Positions 8,335 to 16,414 of a DNA stretch of 35,469 nt are shown here, piece after piece. Position 1 is the stretch's first letter. Every line of letters begins with the position of its first letter. The stretch covers positions 1-35,469 of the IMG/VR virus record IMGVR_UViG_3300032373_000064. One strand, written 5' to 3'. Both the position numbers and the translations under genes were made by a program. Below the pieces are notes generated by a model. It did no database searches, was not told where the DNA came from, and saw only the letters and a list, made by a program, of their open reading frames with translations. Source of the stretch: a virus. Its lineage: Duplodnaviria; Caudoviricetes.

Positions 8335-8536
8335 ACACTCACTCTTTGAGGCAGTCACGTCAACAGCTATCGGCTATGGCGTGGCTGTGACGACTCAGTG
8401 CATCGTATTCCCTTGGTTCGGGCTGTATGTGCCACTGAGTCAGAACCTCATGATAGGCGGCATATTTACCGTGGTGAGCGTAACCCGTGGGTATATGGTA
8501 AGACGATTATTTAACTGGATAGGAGAAAAGACATGA
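8321..8536 (+). CDS. Small two-TM phage membrane protein (resembles DUF7220-type proteins)
   Basis: MQSRKHSLFEA..TAIGY...FTVVSVTRGYMVRRLFN, a pattern recurrent in phages. Confidence 0.7.
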   Translation: MQSRKHSLFEAVTSTAIGYGVAVTTQCIVFPWFGLYVPLSQNLMIGGIFTVVSVTRGYMVRRLFNWIGEKT

Positions 8537-8844
8537 ACACAAAAGAGAAGATATTAAAATGGGCAAGCGATAAAGGTATACTTGATAAAGCCACAAGCGC
8601 AAGCCAGTATGAAAAGCACGTTGAAGAAGTAGGCGAGCTTGGCCGCGCATTGATTGAGCGCAATAGAGAGCTTCTTATTGATTCTATTGGCGATGTAGGT
8701 GTAACGCTTATTATTCTGGCAAAGCTCAACGGCCTCGATTTTGATAATTGCTTACAAATGGCATATAATGAAATTGCAGACCGTAAAGGCGAAATGATTA
8801 ACGGGGTATTTGTAAAGGAGGAAAACCAATGCTTAAGAAACTAG
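8533..8844 (+). CDS. MazG-like nucleotide pyrophosphohydrolase
   Basis: WASDKGI, EEVGEL, DSIGDVGVTLIIL, AYNEIADRKG..INGVFVKE. Confidence 0.85.
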   Translation: MNTKEKILKWASDKGILDKATSASQYEKHVEEVGELGRALIERNRELLIDSIGDVGVTLIILAKLNGLDFDNCLQMAYNEIADRKGEMINGVFVKEENQCLRN

Positions 8845-9122
8845 TAATATTATTCACATTATTGGCAATACCAGCACATGCGCAGCTATATGATTACAGG
8901 TATGGTAATAGTGACGACATTGTTATTCAGCCTCGTATGTTTGACGCAACGCCCGGTGACGGTATTGCAGATGTAGGAACCTACACGAACCCTTACGTTA
9001 TCAAAGACCGTAGTGGAAACACGCTAGGCACTATCCAGCCACGTATGTTTGACGCCACACCTAATGACGGCTTATTCGATGCAGGGACGTATACAAACCC
9101 CTATGTGATTAAGCGCCGATGA
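8829..9122 (+). CDS. Secreted protein with an internal 36-aa tandem duplication
   Basis: Signal peptide MLKKLVILFTLLAIPAHA; two copies of IQPRMFDATPxDGxxDxGTYTNPYVIK. Confidence 0.75.
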   Translation: MLKKLVILFTLLAIPAHAQLYDYRYGNSDDIVIQPRMFDATPGDGIADVGTYTNPYVIKDRSGNTLGTIQPRMFDATPNDGLFDAGTYTNPYVIKRR

Positions 9123-9265
9123 TACCCCTCCCATTCATATACATTGTCATGGCCAGTGTTGCGTTATCAGCGTGTAAGCCAGTGAAGGTAAATGAGTGGT
9201 GGTATAATAACGAATGGGACACAACACACACTAAAAACAAAGTAGGAAAAGGCGGTAGAATATGA
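9119..9265 (+). CDS. Small lipoprotein, 48 aa (not in ORF track)
   Basis: MIPLPFIYIVMASVALSAC-KPVKVNEWWYNNEWDTT...*; LSAC lipobox; ATGA overlaps at both ends. Confidence 0.65.
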   Translation: MIPLPFIYIVMASVALSACKPVKVNEWWYNNEWDTTHTKNKVGKGGRI

Positions 9266-9582
9266 CAAACAGATGGGCAACAGAAGAGCAAAACGAGCTT
9301 CTACTTGTATATCGTGCAGGCGACAAGGCCGATAGAGAGGCGTTAGCTCGCCGGCTGAAGAGGTCTTTGGCTGCCTGTAAGACGAAGCACTCTAAGATAT
9401 TAGAGTTAGGTGTTAGTGACCCCGAAAGCTGTGTAAGAAAAAAGATATCTTCACAAAATAAGAAGCAGGCAGAATACAAAGAAAACGCTAAGATACGCAT
9501 GTTTCGCAGTATGCAGCAGTTTGTCGATATGACAGGGCGAAGACCTAATTACACAACAGAAGTGACAACCTATAGAGATTAG
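9262..9582 (+). CDS. Putative Myb/HTH-like DNA-binding protein
   Basis: RWATEEQNELL...ALARRLKRSLAAC resembles an N-terminal Myb-like HTH. Confidence 0.55.
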   Translation: MTNRWATEEQNELLLVYRAGDKADREALARRLKRSLAACKTKHSKILELGVSDPESCVRKKISSQNKKQAEYKENAKIRMFRSMQQFVDMTGRRPNYTTEVTTYRD

Positions 9583-9596
9583 TATAAGATATTTTT

Positions 9597-9659
9597 GAAG
9601 CTATTAAGACGACCTCCAAGCTTCTCACCTTGACCCAGCCTTGCGCTGGGTTCTTTTTT
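9597..9659 (+). ncRNA. Candidate small RNA (two hairpins, anti-SD loop)
   Basis: GTGACA-17-TAAGAT (9562-9590) predicts a start at G9597. The stem GAAGCT/AGCTTC encloses a loop containing ACCTCC, and the RNA ends at an intrinsic terminator. Confidence 0.5.
9632..9659 (+). terminator. Intrinsic terminator where the two arms converge
   Basis: GACCCAGC-CTTGC-GCTGGGTT followed by CTTTTTT. Confidence 0.85.
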
Positions 9660-10056
9660 ACTTCTTCATTTTATCAAGGGTGCGCGCACCGCTGTAGCCT
9701 AAATAACCAGCGCCGAACAACCACACGAGCTGTTCTGGTATAGCGTGAAGCCAGTCCTTGAAGCCTTTCGTCACATCCTGCGCCACTTCCGGTGAGTAAG
9801 CTGTGACAATTCCCATAGGAACCGACATCACGAGCAAGAAATAGATAACGTACATGAAGCTAGGCCGCGCGCGACTTGTCCACGGGTCTTTACTATTAGC
9901 CTCTGCGACAATGGCGCTTAACTGTTTCTCTACCGCGTTGAGCTCACCAGCCTGCTGCTGGCGGAGTAGCTCAAGCTTGGCTTTTTCTCGAGCTTCCTTG
10001 TCAGGAATAAGCTTATCGAGTAATGGCACTACGGCCCCTATAATAGCTGGAATCAT
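9658..10056 (-). CDS. Holin (3TM / GTA-holin-like family)
   Basis: LLDKLIPDKEAREKAKLELL, AIVAEANSKDPWTSRARPSFMY, LFGAGYLGYSGARTLDK; start ATG 10056 is coupled to the upstream stop. Confidence 0.8.
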   Translation of the reverse strand: MIPAIIGAVVPLLDKLIPDKEAREKAKLELLRQQQAGELNAVEKQLSAIVAEANSKDPWTSRARPSFMYVIYFLLVMSVPMGIVTAYSPEVAQDVTKGFKDWLHAIPEQLVWLFGAGYLGYSGARTLDKMKK

Positions 10057-10169
10057 GATACGAGCGCTGCTCCCAAACCAATCAACCACACAACACCGAT
10101 AAACAGCATAATCGTTTTGCCGCGATTCTCATCGCACCACATAATAAAGTTTTTAAATCGTTTTGGCAT
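10053..10169 (-). CDS. Small membrane protein, 38 aa (not in ORF track)
   Basis: Strong AAGGAGG SD; MPKRFKNFIMWCDENRGKTIMLFIGVVWLIGLGAALVS*. Confidence 0.7.
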   Translation of the reverse strand: MPKRFKNFIMWCDENRGKTIMLFIGVVWLIGLGAALVS

Positions 10170-10184
10170 GTTAAGCCTCCTTGG

Positions 10185-10637
10185 TTAAAACTTAATCCCT
10201 TGAATATACTGCCCACCATTAAAGCGTAGCGGCTGTAGGCGGTTACGGTCATGATTATATGACACATGCACCCATCCAGCTTTATCGTCGCCTTGAATCA
10301 TATATTCTGCGATAAGTTGGTCATACGAACAATTGTCGTGGATGTATTTAAGCAAATCCCAGTTACTGCCGCCAACAAGCTCGATATCCGCCGCTTCACC
10401 TTTCATATGCTGCGAAGTGCGCGAACCGCCGATAGTTTTATTTAAATCAGGCGAACGATAGCCACTGGTTATCTTAATGGGTTTACCTAGCGCTTCACGG
10501 GCAGGCTGTAATACGTTTTCGCATAATGCGATAGCTGCTTTTATTTCTGTATGACTCATACGGTTATCTATACCGTAGCGCGTAGCGGTCATAGACTTCT
10601 CAAACTCTTCACGAGTAAAGTTATCGCTCAACTTCAT
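10185..10637 (-). CDS. Endolysin, peptidase M15 family
   Basis: LSDNFTREEF, ITSGYRS, SQHMKGEAADI and WVHVS zinc-peptidase motifs. Confidence 0.92.
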   Translation of the reverse strand: MKLSDNFTREEFEKSMTATRYGIDNRMSHTEIKAAIALCENVLQPAREALGKPIKITSGYRSPDLNKTIGGSRTSQHMKGEAADIELVGGSNWDLLKYIHDNCSYDQLIAEYMIQGDDKAGWVHVSYNHDRNRLQPLRFNGGQYIQGIKF

Positions 10638-10795
10638 GTCATTGCGTCCACTACTTGTTTGCCTAATGTGTGAAACTTATTCTCGTGCTTTAGCTGCCTT
10701 TGCCATTTGACGAACAAGTAATTGCAATCTTTGTAGCGCTTACCTTGGCGGCATGCTGCTAGATACTGCTGCTCATATACTTTGGACAGTGTCAT
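10634..10795 (-). CDS. Hypothetical basic 53-aa protein (not in ORF track)
   Basis: MTLSKVYEQQYLAACRQGKRYKDCNYLFVKWQRQLKHENKFHTLGKQVVDAMT*; ATGA-coupled to the endolysin. Confidence 0.6.
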   Translation of the reverse strand: MTLSKVYEQQYLAACRQGKRYKDCNYLFVKWQRQLKHENKFHTLGKQVVDAMT

Positions 10796-10796
10796 A

Positions 10797-10934
10797 TTAA
10801 AACCTTACCATAGTGAGTTGATGCAAGCTCATAGACAAATAGTCCAAATCCATACTTTTTGCTGTGCTCGCCATAACACTCAATGTGAATATCGCAGTGG
10901 CCACTAGCGCCACAAATTCTCGAATAAAAGTCAT
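10797..10934 (-). CDS. Small hydrophobic or signal-peptide protein, 45 aa (not in ORF track)
   Basis: MTFIREFVALVATAIFTLSVMASTAKS...*; TAATG overlap with the upstream gene. Confidence 0.55.
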   Translation of the reverse strand: MTFIREFVALVATAIFTLSVMASTAKSMDLDYLSMSLHQLTMVRF

Positions 10935-11293
10935 TATTTATTTTTCCACAAAGCTAAAATTTCTTTTATGCATTTAGTCGGGTTGTCGCTAAAATCTGCT
11001 GTTATCTTCATAATTCCGCGTAGTATGTCTGTGGCAGAGAAGGATACAACACCTACAACAGCCCCGATCATAGCGGGATTAAGCTCAAAACTCTTTAGCG
11101 CCTCCGCAGATATATAACCAACAAAACCTGCAACAATCAAGCTTAGCATGAACGCCGTAAAGTTACGCTTATTTTCAGAAACAATAGTTCGCACAATACC
11201 GCCAAAAAGTGAAATCAACATTACATTAATAGTGAATCGCACATCATCTATCGACTCGGCTATCTGCTTTAGGTTGTCGTGGTCAATTTGCAT
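10934..11293 (-). CDS. Putative holin (LydA-like)
   Basis: Three hydrophobic segments: ISLFGGIVR, SLIVAGFVGYI, GAVVGVVSFSATDIL; lysis-cassette context. Confidence 0.65.
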   Translation of the reverse strand: MQIDHDNLKQIAESIDDVRFTINVMLISLFGGIVRTIVSENKRNFTAFMLSLIVAGFVGYISAEALKSFELNPAMIGAVVGVVSFSATDILRGIMKITADFSDNPTKCIKEILALWKNK

Positions 11294-11621
11294 TACGCCA
11301 AGTCCTTACTTTTCTAAACAAGTCATGATGGAAGAGAAGAACGACTGTTTTTTCGAAACTGTGGTAAATCAACCAGCGTATATGAAACTCAATATTCCTG
11401 ATTTCCGTGTACTGGTCACTCAACCATAAGATTATATTATAAGAGAAAAACACATTAACCGCAATACTACATATAAGCGCAAGGTAGGCCCATCCGTGCG
11501 CGGCGTAGTAATGCTTTTTCTTATACGTACCTAGCCATAGCACATACAAACCGCTAACAATAGCGGCGAGTGATATGGCTATGGTAACGACATAGAAGCT
11601 ATTGACCTGATCTACTGTCAT
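11283..11621 (-). CDS. Membrane protein
   Basis: Two to three TM helices, next to the holin. Confidence 0.65.
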   Translation of the reverse strand: MTVDQVNSFYVVTIAISLAAIVSGLYVLWLGTYKKKHYYAAHGWAYLALICSIAVNVFFSYNIILWLSDQYTEIRNIEFHIRWLIYHSFEKTVVLLFHHDLFRKVRTWRNAN

Positions 11622-12358
11622 ACTGCCTCTGAACCGTGGAAACTGTTAACCGCCTCAAACTCAAGCCAGCCGTCACTCACTACAGTATCGCCTAATTCTG
11701 GCGTTACCATAAATGACTCTAGCACCCACCAGCCCGGCTCTGTCGTTACCATACTATAACCCACATACGCATTTAAATCATCTGCAAAGTCATGAAGCTG
11801 TTGTCTCGATATGGAAAAGCGAAAGAAGTCATCATCGAACGTGTCATGCTTTGTCGTGTGGCTATCCTGATGCACCGTTAAATAACTGCTATTATCAAGC
11901 TGGCTGCTGTAGCTTACAAAGCCCGTGTACTGATCTGTATAGAACTCTTCTGCCAAGTCACCACGTTCATCAAACAAGCTTGTCTGAAACCACACATTCA
12001 CGTCACTCAACGTGTCGATAAGCCGCAATCCTATAGTCGCATATGCCACCGCATCACCGCCATGGTTCGTAACGCTGGCAGTTGTCGCGAAGAAAGCCGC
12101 TGTGTTAATGCCGTAATAGCTCCATGCCCACGGGTTGTGTCCAGCCTGTTCACCATACCACATTTGATATTGCACTGTTAAATGGTCATCATCATTGTCC
12201 AGATAGGGGTTATTATACGTTGTCAGGCCAATGTATGTGCTATTGGTAAGCAATGGGTCGGCATTCCATAAGATAGCGCCCCAGCCGTAAGAAAATGAGC
12301 TTGGCTCGAATATTTCAGGCAGGTAGCTCGGTTGTCCGTAGTGGTAAACTGGTTGCAT
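11618..12358 (-). CDS. Hypothetical aromatic- and acid-rich protein
   Basis: 246-aa ORF coupled on both sides; family not recognised. Confidence 0.7.
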   Translation of the reverse strand: MQPVYHYGQPSYLPEIFEPSSFSYGWGAILWNADPLLTNSTYIGLTTYNNPYLDNDDDHLTVQYQMWYGEQAGHNPWAWSYYGINTAAFFATTASVTNHGGDAVAYATIGLRLIDTLSDVNVWFQTSLFDERGDLAEEFYTDQYTGFVSYSSQLDNSSYLTVHQDSHTTKHDTFDDDFFRFSISRQQLHDFADDLNAYVGYSMVTTEPGWWVLESFMVTPELGDTVVSDGWLEFEAVNSFHGSEAV

Positions 12359-12360
12359 GG

Positions 12361-14409
12361 CTAGCTTTCCATTTTTGCTTTTAGGATGTCTCGAACTTCA
12401 CGAACGGAACGAGAGCGCTTGATATTTCCTTTCTTATCAAGGTCAAAAAAGATTGGCTTATTCGCCATAGCAACATCGCGCCCCATAACCGTGGCGGCCT
12501 TGGAGTTAAGATTCTTCTTGCTAAGCAGCTTCTTTGCGCCATTAATTCCTGCAAAGTGCGCGATATACATCTCACCCGCTGTCGGTTGGCGGCGTAAGAA
12601 ATGGGATAGTCCTGCGCGGTTCTCTTGCGTTAGCGCGCGAGCCAGCTTTTCTTGATTCTCTGGCTGCTTCCAGTTCTTCGAGTCAACGCCTATCTTATCG
12701 CCATATTTGCGAATAAGATTCTTCGCCGTACCATCTGTAATCTGATACCTACCGTAAGCACTGCTTGTTTTCGCCTGCGCCGTAGGGTTGTTAGAACTTT
12801 CTACAAATGCAAGCCTATCATAGTAAGGGTCAGCTGTTCCAGCGTCTACGCGGTTTTGTGTTTGTTTTTGAGACTTTAATTGTTGTATTCTTTGTTCAAT
12901 TTGTTGTAGCGATGGTGACATAGATTCGGTCGGCTCGACGCCCCTAACTGCACCTTCCCTACCCAACTGTGGAGACAATGCATCTACCGCTTGAGAACCA
13001 ATATCCCTAACTGCCTCTGGGGCTATATTGCGAATCGGCGCACGCCCACCCATTGCACTAATAGCCTCGTCTGATATCTCTCGCGATACTCGATTTAACT
13101 GACCTCGCTTAATTTGCTCTGCTGCGCCTCGGCTAACAGCTGAACCTGCTTGTGCCGCTGCGCCTGCCGCAGGGCCACCAGTTGCACCTCCAATAATACC
13201 CATGAGGCGGCTTCCGAATGTACGAAAAGTATCCTCAATAATTCCTGTGTTTGCGGCCTTAGCAATAGCCCTACGCTCTTCTTTTGTGTAGGCACCTATT
13301 CTCTTATCATCCTTAAGAAGTTGGCGCATTTGCGTTTTAATCGCCGTTCTAGGGTTATCAGTAAGTTCTGATATCTCACGTATTTTCTCGATGTCGCGCA
13401 TCTTAGCGCCCTGCGACCAAAGCTTCCTACCTTTTTGAAGTGCATCAAAACCAGCTTTTCCGCCAATAACATCATCATCAGTTGCATTCTGAATCATTTT
13501 ACGAAAAGTATTTTGAACTTCTTTAACTTGGCGGAATTGCGCCTTATCGTTAATAAAAAATGCAGAGGCCCTATTTGTTAAGGCTTCATCAACTTCTTGG
13601 GCTGCTTGAAGCGTTAGTGGCCTTCCTCTAAACACTTCTAATACATCGGCTAGCTTCTCTCCTACGTTTTCCCCTGCAAGTGCCTTACCCATAGGTGTTG
13701 ACTTTTTAACAAAAGATAAATCGTCAAGAAAAGAATCGAACTTTTTAGGGGATATGATACCTCCCAATTTTTCGGCTTGTTTGTAGGATTCGTTTGCAGC
13801 CTCTTTGATTGTTTGTGCTGTTTGTGTAGGTAAGGTACCTTTTTTAGGAAGTATTCTAGCTGTCTGCTCGGATATAAAGCTTCCGCCACCCTTAACCGCC
13901 ACACCGAGTGCTTTCCCTAGCGCACCTCCAATAGCCGTATTAACCGCCCTACTTTCACCTTCTAACGTAGGCTCTGTGAATCCCCCGAATGCCCCACCTA
14001 ACCCGGGAGTCGCTTTAGCTATAGTTGTAGGGTCTCCTAGTATTCTGCCCGGTAAAGACTCAAGAAAAAGCCTTCCTTCAAAATATTCTCTATTTTGGGA
14101 TATTGCTCTATTTCTAGCTTCCTCTAATGAAGCTGGGGTTATGTTACCACCTGTTAAAGCACCAAATACACCTGCTGTTGTTTCAGGTGCATAATCAGAA
14201 GCTATATCAATAATTCCCAACCCTAATCGAGATGATGCGCGGCGGATATCTTCACCAAATCCAGTTTGATTTTGGTTCCTAAAGGCAGGGGCTAACCCCT
14301 CAATAAAACCGCGCTCTTGAAGCTGCTCAAAGTCAGATAAGCTGTTATTGCTAGGTTGCTGGGCCTTTAGTTCGGCTATTCTGGCATCAACTTCAGATAA
14401 AGTAACCAT
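12361..14409 (-). CDS. Large DNA ejection (internal virion) protein with C-terminal lysozyme/transglycosylase-like domain
   Basis: Ala/Gly-rich helical body; C-terminal LAFVESSNNPTA..SSAYGRYQIT...YIAHFAG. Confidence 0.75.
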   Translation of the reverse strand: MVTLSEVDARIAELKAQQPSNNSLSDFEQLQERGFIEGLAPAFRNQNQTGFGEDIRRASSRLGLGIIDIASDYAPETTAGVFGALTGGNITPASLEEARNRAISQNREYFEGRLFLESLPGRILGDPTTIAKATPGLGGAFGGFTEPTLEGESRAVNTAIGGALGKALGVAVKGGGSFISEQTARILPKKGTLPTQTAQTIKEAANESYKQAEKLGGIISPKKFDSFLDDLSFVKKSTPMGKALAGENVGEKLADVLEVFRGRPLTLQAAQEVDEALTNRASAFFINDKAQFRQVKEVQNTFRKMIQNATDDDVIGGKAGFDALQKGRKLWSQGAKMRDIEKIREISELTDNPRTAIKTQMRQLLKDDKRIGAYTKEERRAIAKAANTGIIEDTFRTFGSRLMGIIGGATGGPAAGAAAQAGSAVSRGAAEQIKRGQLNRVSREISDEAISAMGGRAPIRNIAPEAVRDIGSQAVDALSPQLGREGAVRGVEPTESMSPSLQQIEQRIQQLKSQKQTQNRVDAGTADPYYDRLAFVESSNNPTAQAKTSSAYGRYQITDGTAKNLIRKYGDKIGVDSKNWKQPENQEKLARALTQENRAGLSHFLRRQPTAGEMYIAHFAGINGAKKLLSKKNLNSKAATVMGRDVAMANKPIFFDLDKKGNIKRSRSVREVRDILKAKMES

Positions 14410-15446
14410 TATTTACCTCTCAACATTTCTGCGCGTAAAGCCTCAAGTTCCTGCAATGACATGTTCTGTATATTTGTGTTTTGTGTAGCGGCACCATTGG
14501 TTTCAGATATTTCTTCTAGCGGAAACCCCTTAAGCGAACCATTGTCAGCAATCCATGCGTTCTTAAGATTTTCATAAGAGCTTTTATATTGATTCTTAAC
14601 CCTTTGTAGATTTTTCAAAAATTGACTTTGACTTTGATCTTGACGCAAGCTAGCAAGAGACGCTTTTAATAATGATATTTCTCGTTCACTAACATTGCCT
14701 AACGCACCGCCTGTTTTAGACTCTTCTCGCATTCTGCCTAATCGGTCAAAACCAATAGCAGATTCGATAGTTTCCAACGAGCCTGCCAAGTCAGTTGCAG
14801 AAGTTCCACCCGCCAAACCAAAGATCTGCCCCAACGCTCCGGTTGCTGTCACATCTTTTGCAGTTTTCTCGGCATCACCAATCGCACCTAAAACATTAAC
14901 TGATGAAGACGCCTTGCTTGATTTTGCTTGTTGTTCTTTTCCTTCGACCTCTTGGCGCTCTAATTCGCGCTCACGCCTTTTGAACTCCATCTCAACAGCT
15001 TTCGATAGCTCTGGTATCGTGGCGGCATTAATTAGTTGCTCATCAGACATTGCAGCTATACCCGATTTTACAGGCGAAGTACCATTAACACCTTGCTCAA
15101 AAATTTCATCTGCGGGCATTTGTGCCTGCGTGCCTGTGCCGAAAATAGCTTCACGCTGTCTATTCAAGCTTTCCTGCTGCGCCTGCTTCTGCGCTATGCC
15201 GATAATTTGAGTAGCCATATCAGTGGGTATGCCACCTTGGATAAGTTTACCAAGCGAGCCTGTTGGATTGTTAGGGTCTACCTGCTGGATAAGTTGCGGT
15301 AGCGCTTGCTGTACCTGTTGGCGCTGCGCCGCACTGCGCTGAAGCTCTGCTGTCTGTATTCCGCTTGACAGAGCGTCGCCAACGGACTGACCTTGCATCA
15401 TATTAAGGCCAGCTAGGAATTGAGGATTACTTAAGATACTGCTCAT
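14409..15446 (-). CDS. DNA ejection protein
   Basis: Gln/Ala-rich; GGALGNVSEREISLL motif typical of podophage ejection proteins; synteny. Confidence 0.65.
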   Translation of the reverse strand: MSSILSNPQFLAGLNMMQGQSVGDALSSGIQTAELQRSAAQRQQVQQALPQLIQQVDPNNPTGSLGKLIQGGIPTDMATQIIGIAQKQAQQESLNRQREAIFGTGTQAQMPADEIFEQGVNGTSPVKSGIAAMSDEQLINAATIPELSKAVEMEFKRRERELERQEVEGKEQQAKSSKASSSVNVLGAIGDAEKTAKDVTATGALGQIFGLAGGTSATDLAGSLETIESAIGFDRLGRMREESKTGGALGNVSEREISLLKASLASLRQDQSQSQFLKNLQRVKNQYKSSYENLKNAWIADNGSLKGFPLEEISETNGAATQNTNIQNMSLQELEALRAEMLRGK

Positions 15447-16414
15447 TGTACAACTGGCCTCCCGCCATATAAACCACCCAATGACATCAACCCGCCACCG
15501 AGCTGCTGCCCGAAGCTAGGCTGCTGTGTGTAACCTACGCTTGTCTGTGGTATTACTCCCATGAGTGTACCAACATTTTGTAAGTTAGTCAGCGGATAAT
15601 TTTGTGCACCCATGTAATTTTGCATAGCCAAGTTAGATAGACCTTGGTTAAAGTTCTGAATTGTTGTACCCGCACCAAGATTAGCGTCTAACGCCCCTAG
15701 CTGCTGGTTCATAACACCAGTACCAAGGCCACCGAGCTGTGATGCGAGATTGCCCGCAGTACCTAAACCAGAAAGCTGCTGTTGGCGCTCATTCATCATC
15801 TGTTGCACGGCGCTGTTAAACCCTTGTGCGCCTGATGTAGCGCTCGTTCGGCCAATAGCATCCATAGTGTCGCCTGCGAGTGAAGCCAGTTGAACACCTT
15901 GCGAACTACTACCAAAGCTACGAGCGCCGGGGTTACGGCTCTCAATACGGTTACGAAGCTGCGCGGCTTGGTCGCTAATATCCTGAATAGCGGCGTCAGT
16001 TACTTGCTGCTGATATGGGTTTGTATAACGCGAAACACCAGCTTGAAATTGCTCATCGGTTAGTGGCCCTAATTGTGCCTGATTCATCGTGTTTTGCAGG
16101 AACTCGCCTGCTTGTTGCGTAAACTGCGGCGCTTGGTATGTTCCAAGGGCTGAGAGAGCGCCTCGCTGATACTGATTAAACGGCTCAACGCCCACTGGCA
16201 TAGCACCCGTCATCGGCGTGGCCACGGGGGCTTGTTGTGGTTGCGCTACGGTCATATTGCCACCAACCTGCTGCTGAACTGCTTGGTTGTAGGCCGCTTG
16301 TGCCGCAGGGTTTGAATTGATAAACGCCTGTGCCGCACCGCCAGTTGCGGAGCCAGAGAAGCCTAATGGGGCGAGAATACCCTCAACTTGCGACTGTGAA
16401 AATAAATTAGCCAT
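15443..16414 (-). CDS. DNA ejection / pilot protein
   Basis: Q/G/A-rich; YTNPYQQQV and FGSS..GV motifs; synteny. Confidence 0.65.
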   Translation of the reverse strand: MANLFSQSQVEGILAPLGFSGSATGGAAQAFINSNPAAQAAYNQAVQQQVGGNMTVAQPQQAPVATPMTGAMPVGVEPFNQYQRGALSALGTYQAPQFTQQAGEFLQNTMNQAQLGPLTDEQFQAGVSRYTNPYQQQVTDAAIQDISDQAAQLRNRIESRNPGARSFGSSSQGVQLASLAGDTMDAIGRTSATSGAQGFNSAVQQMMNERQQQLSGLGTAGNLASQLGGLGTGVMNQQLGALDANLGAGTTIQNFNQGLSNLAMQNYMGAQNYPLTNLQNVGTLMGVIPQTSVGYTQQPSFGQQLGGGLMSLGGLYGGRPVVQ

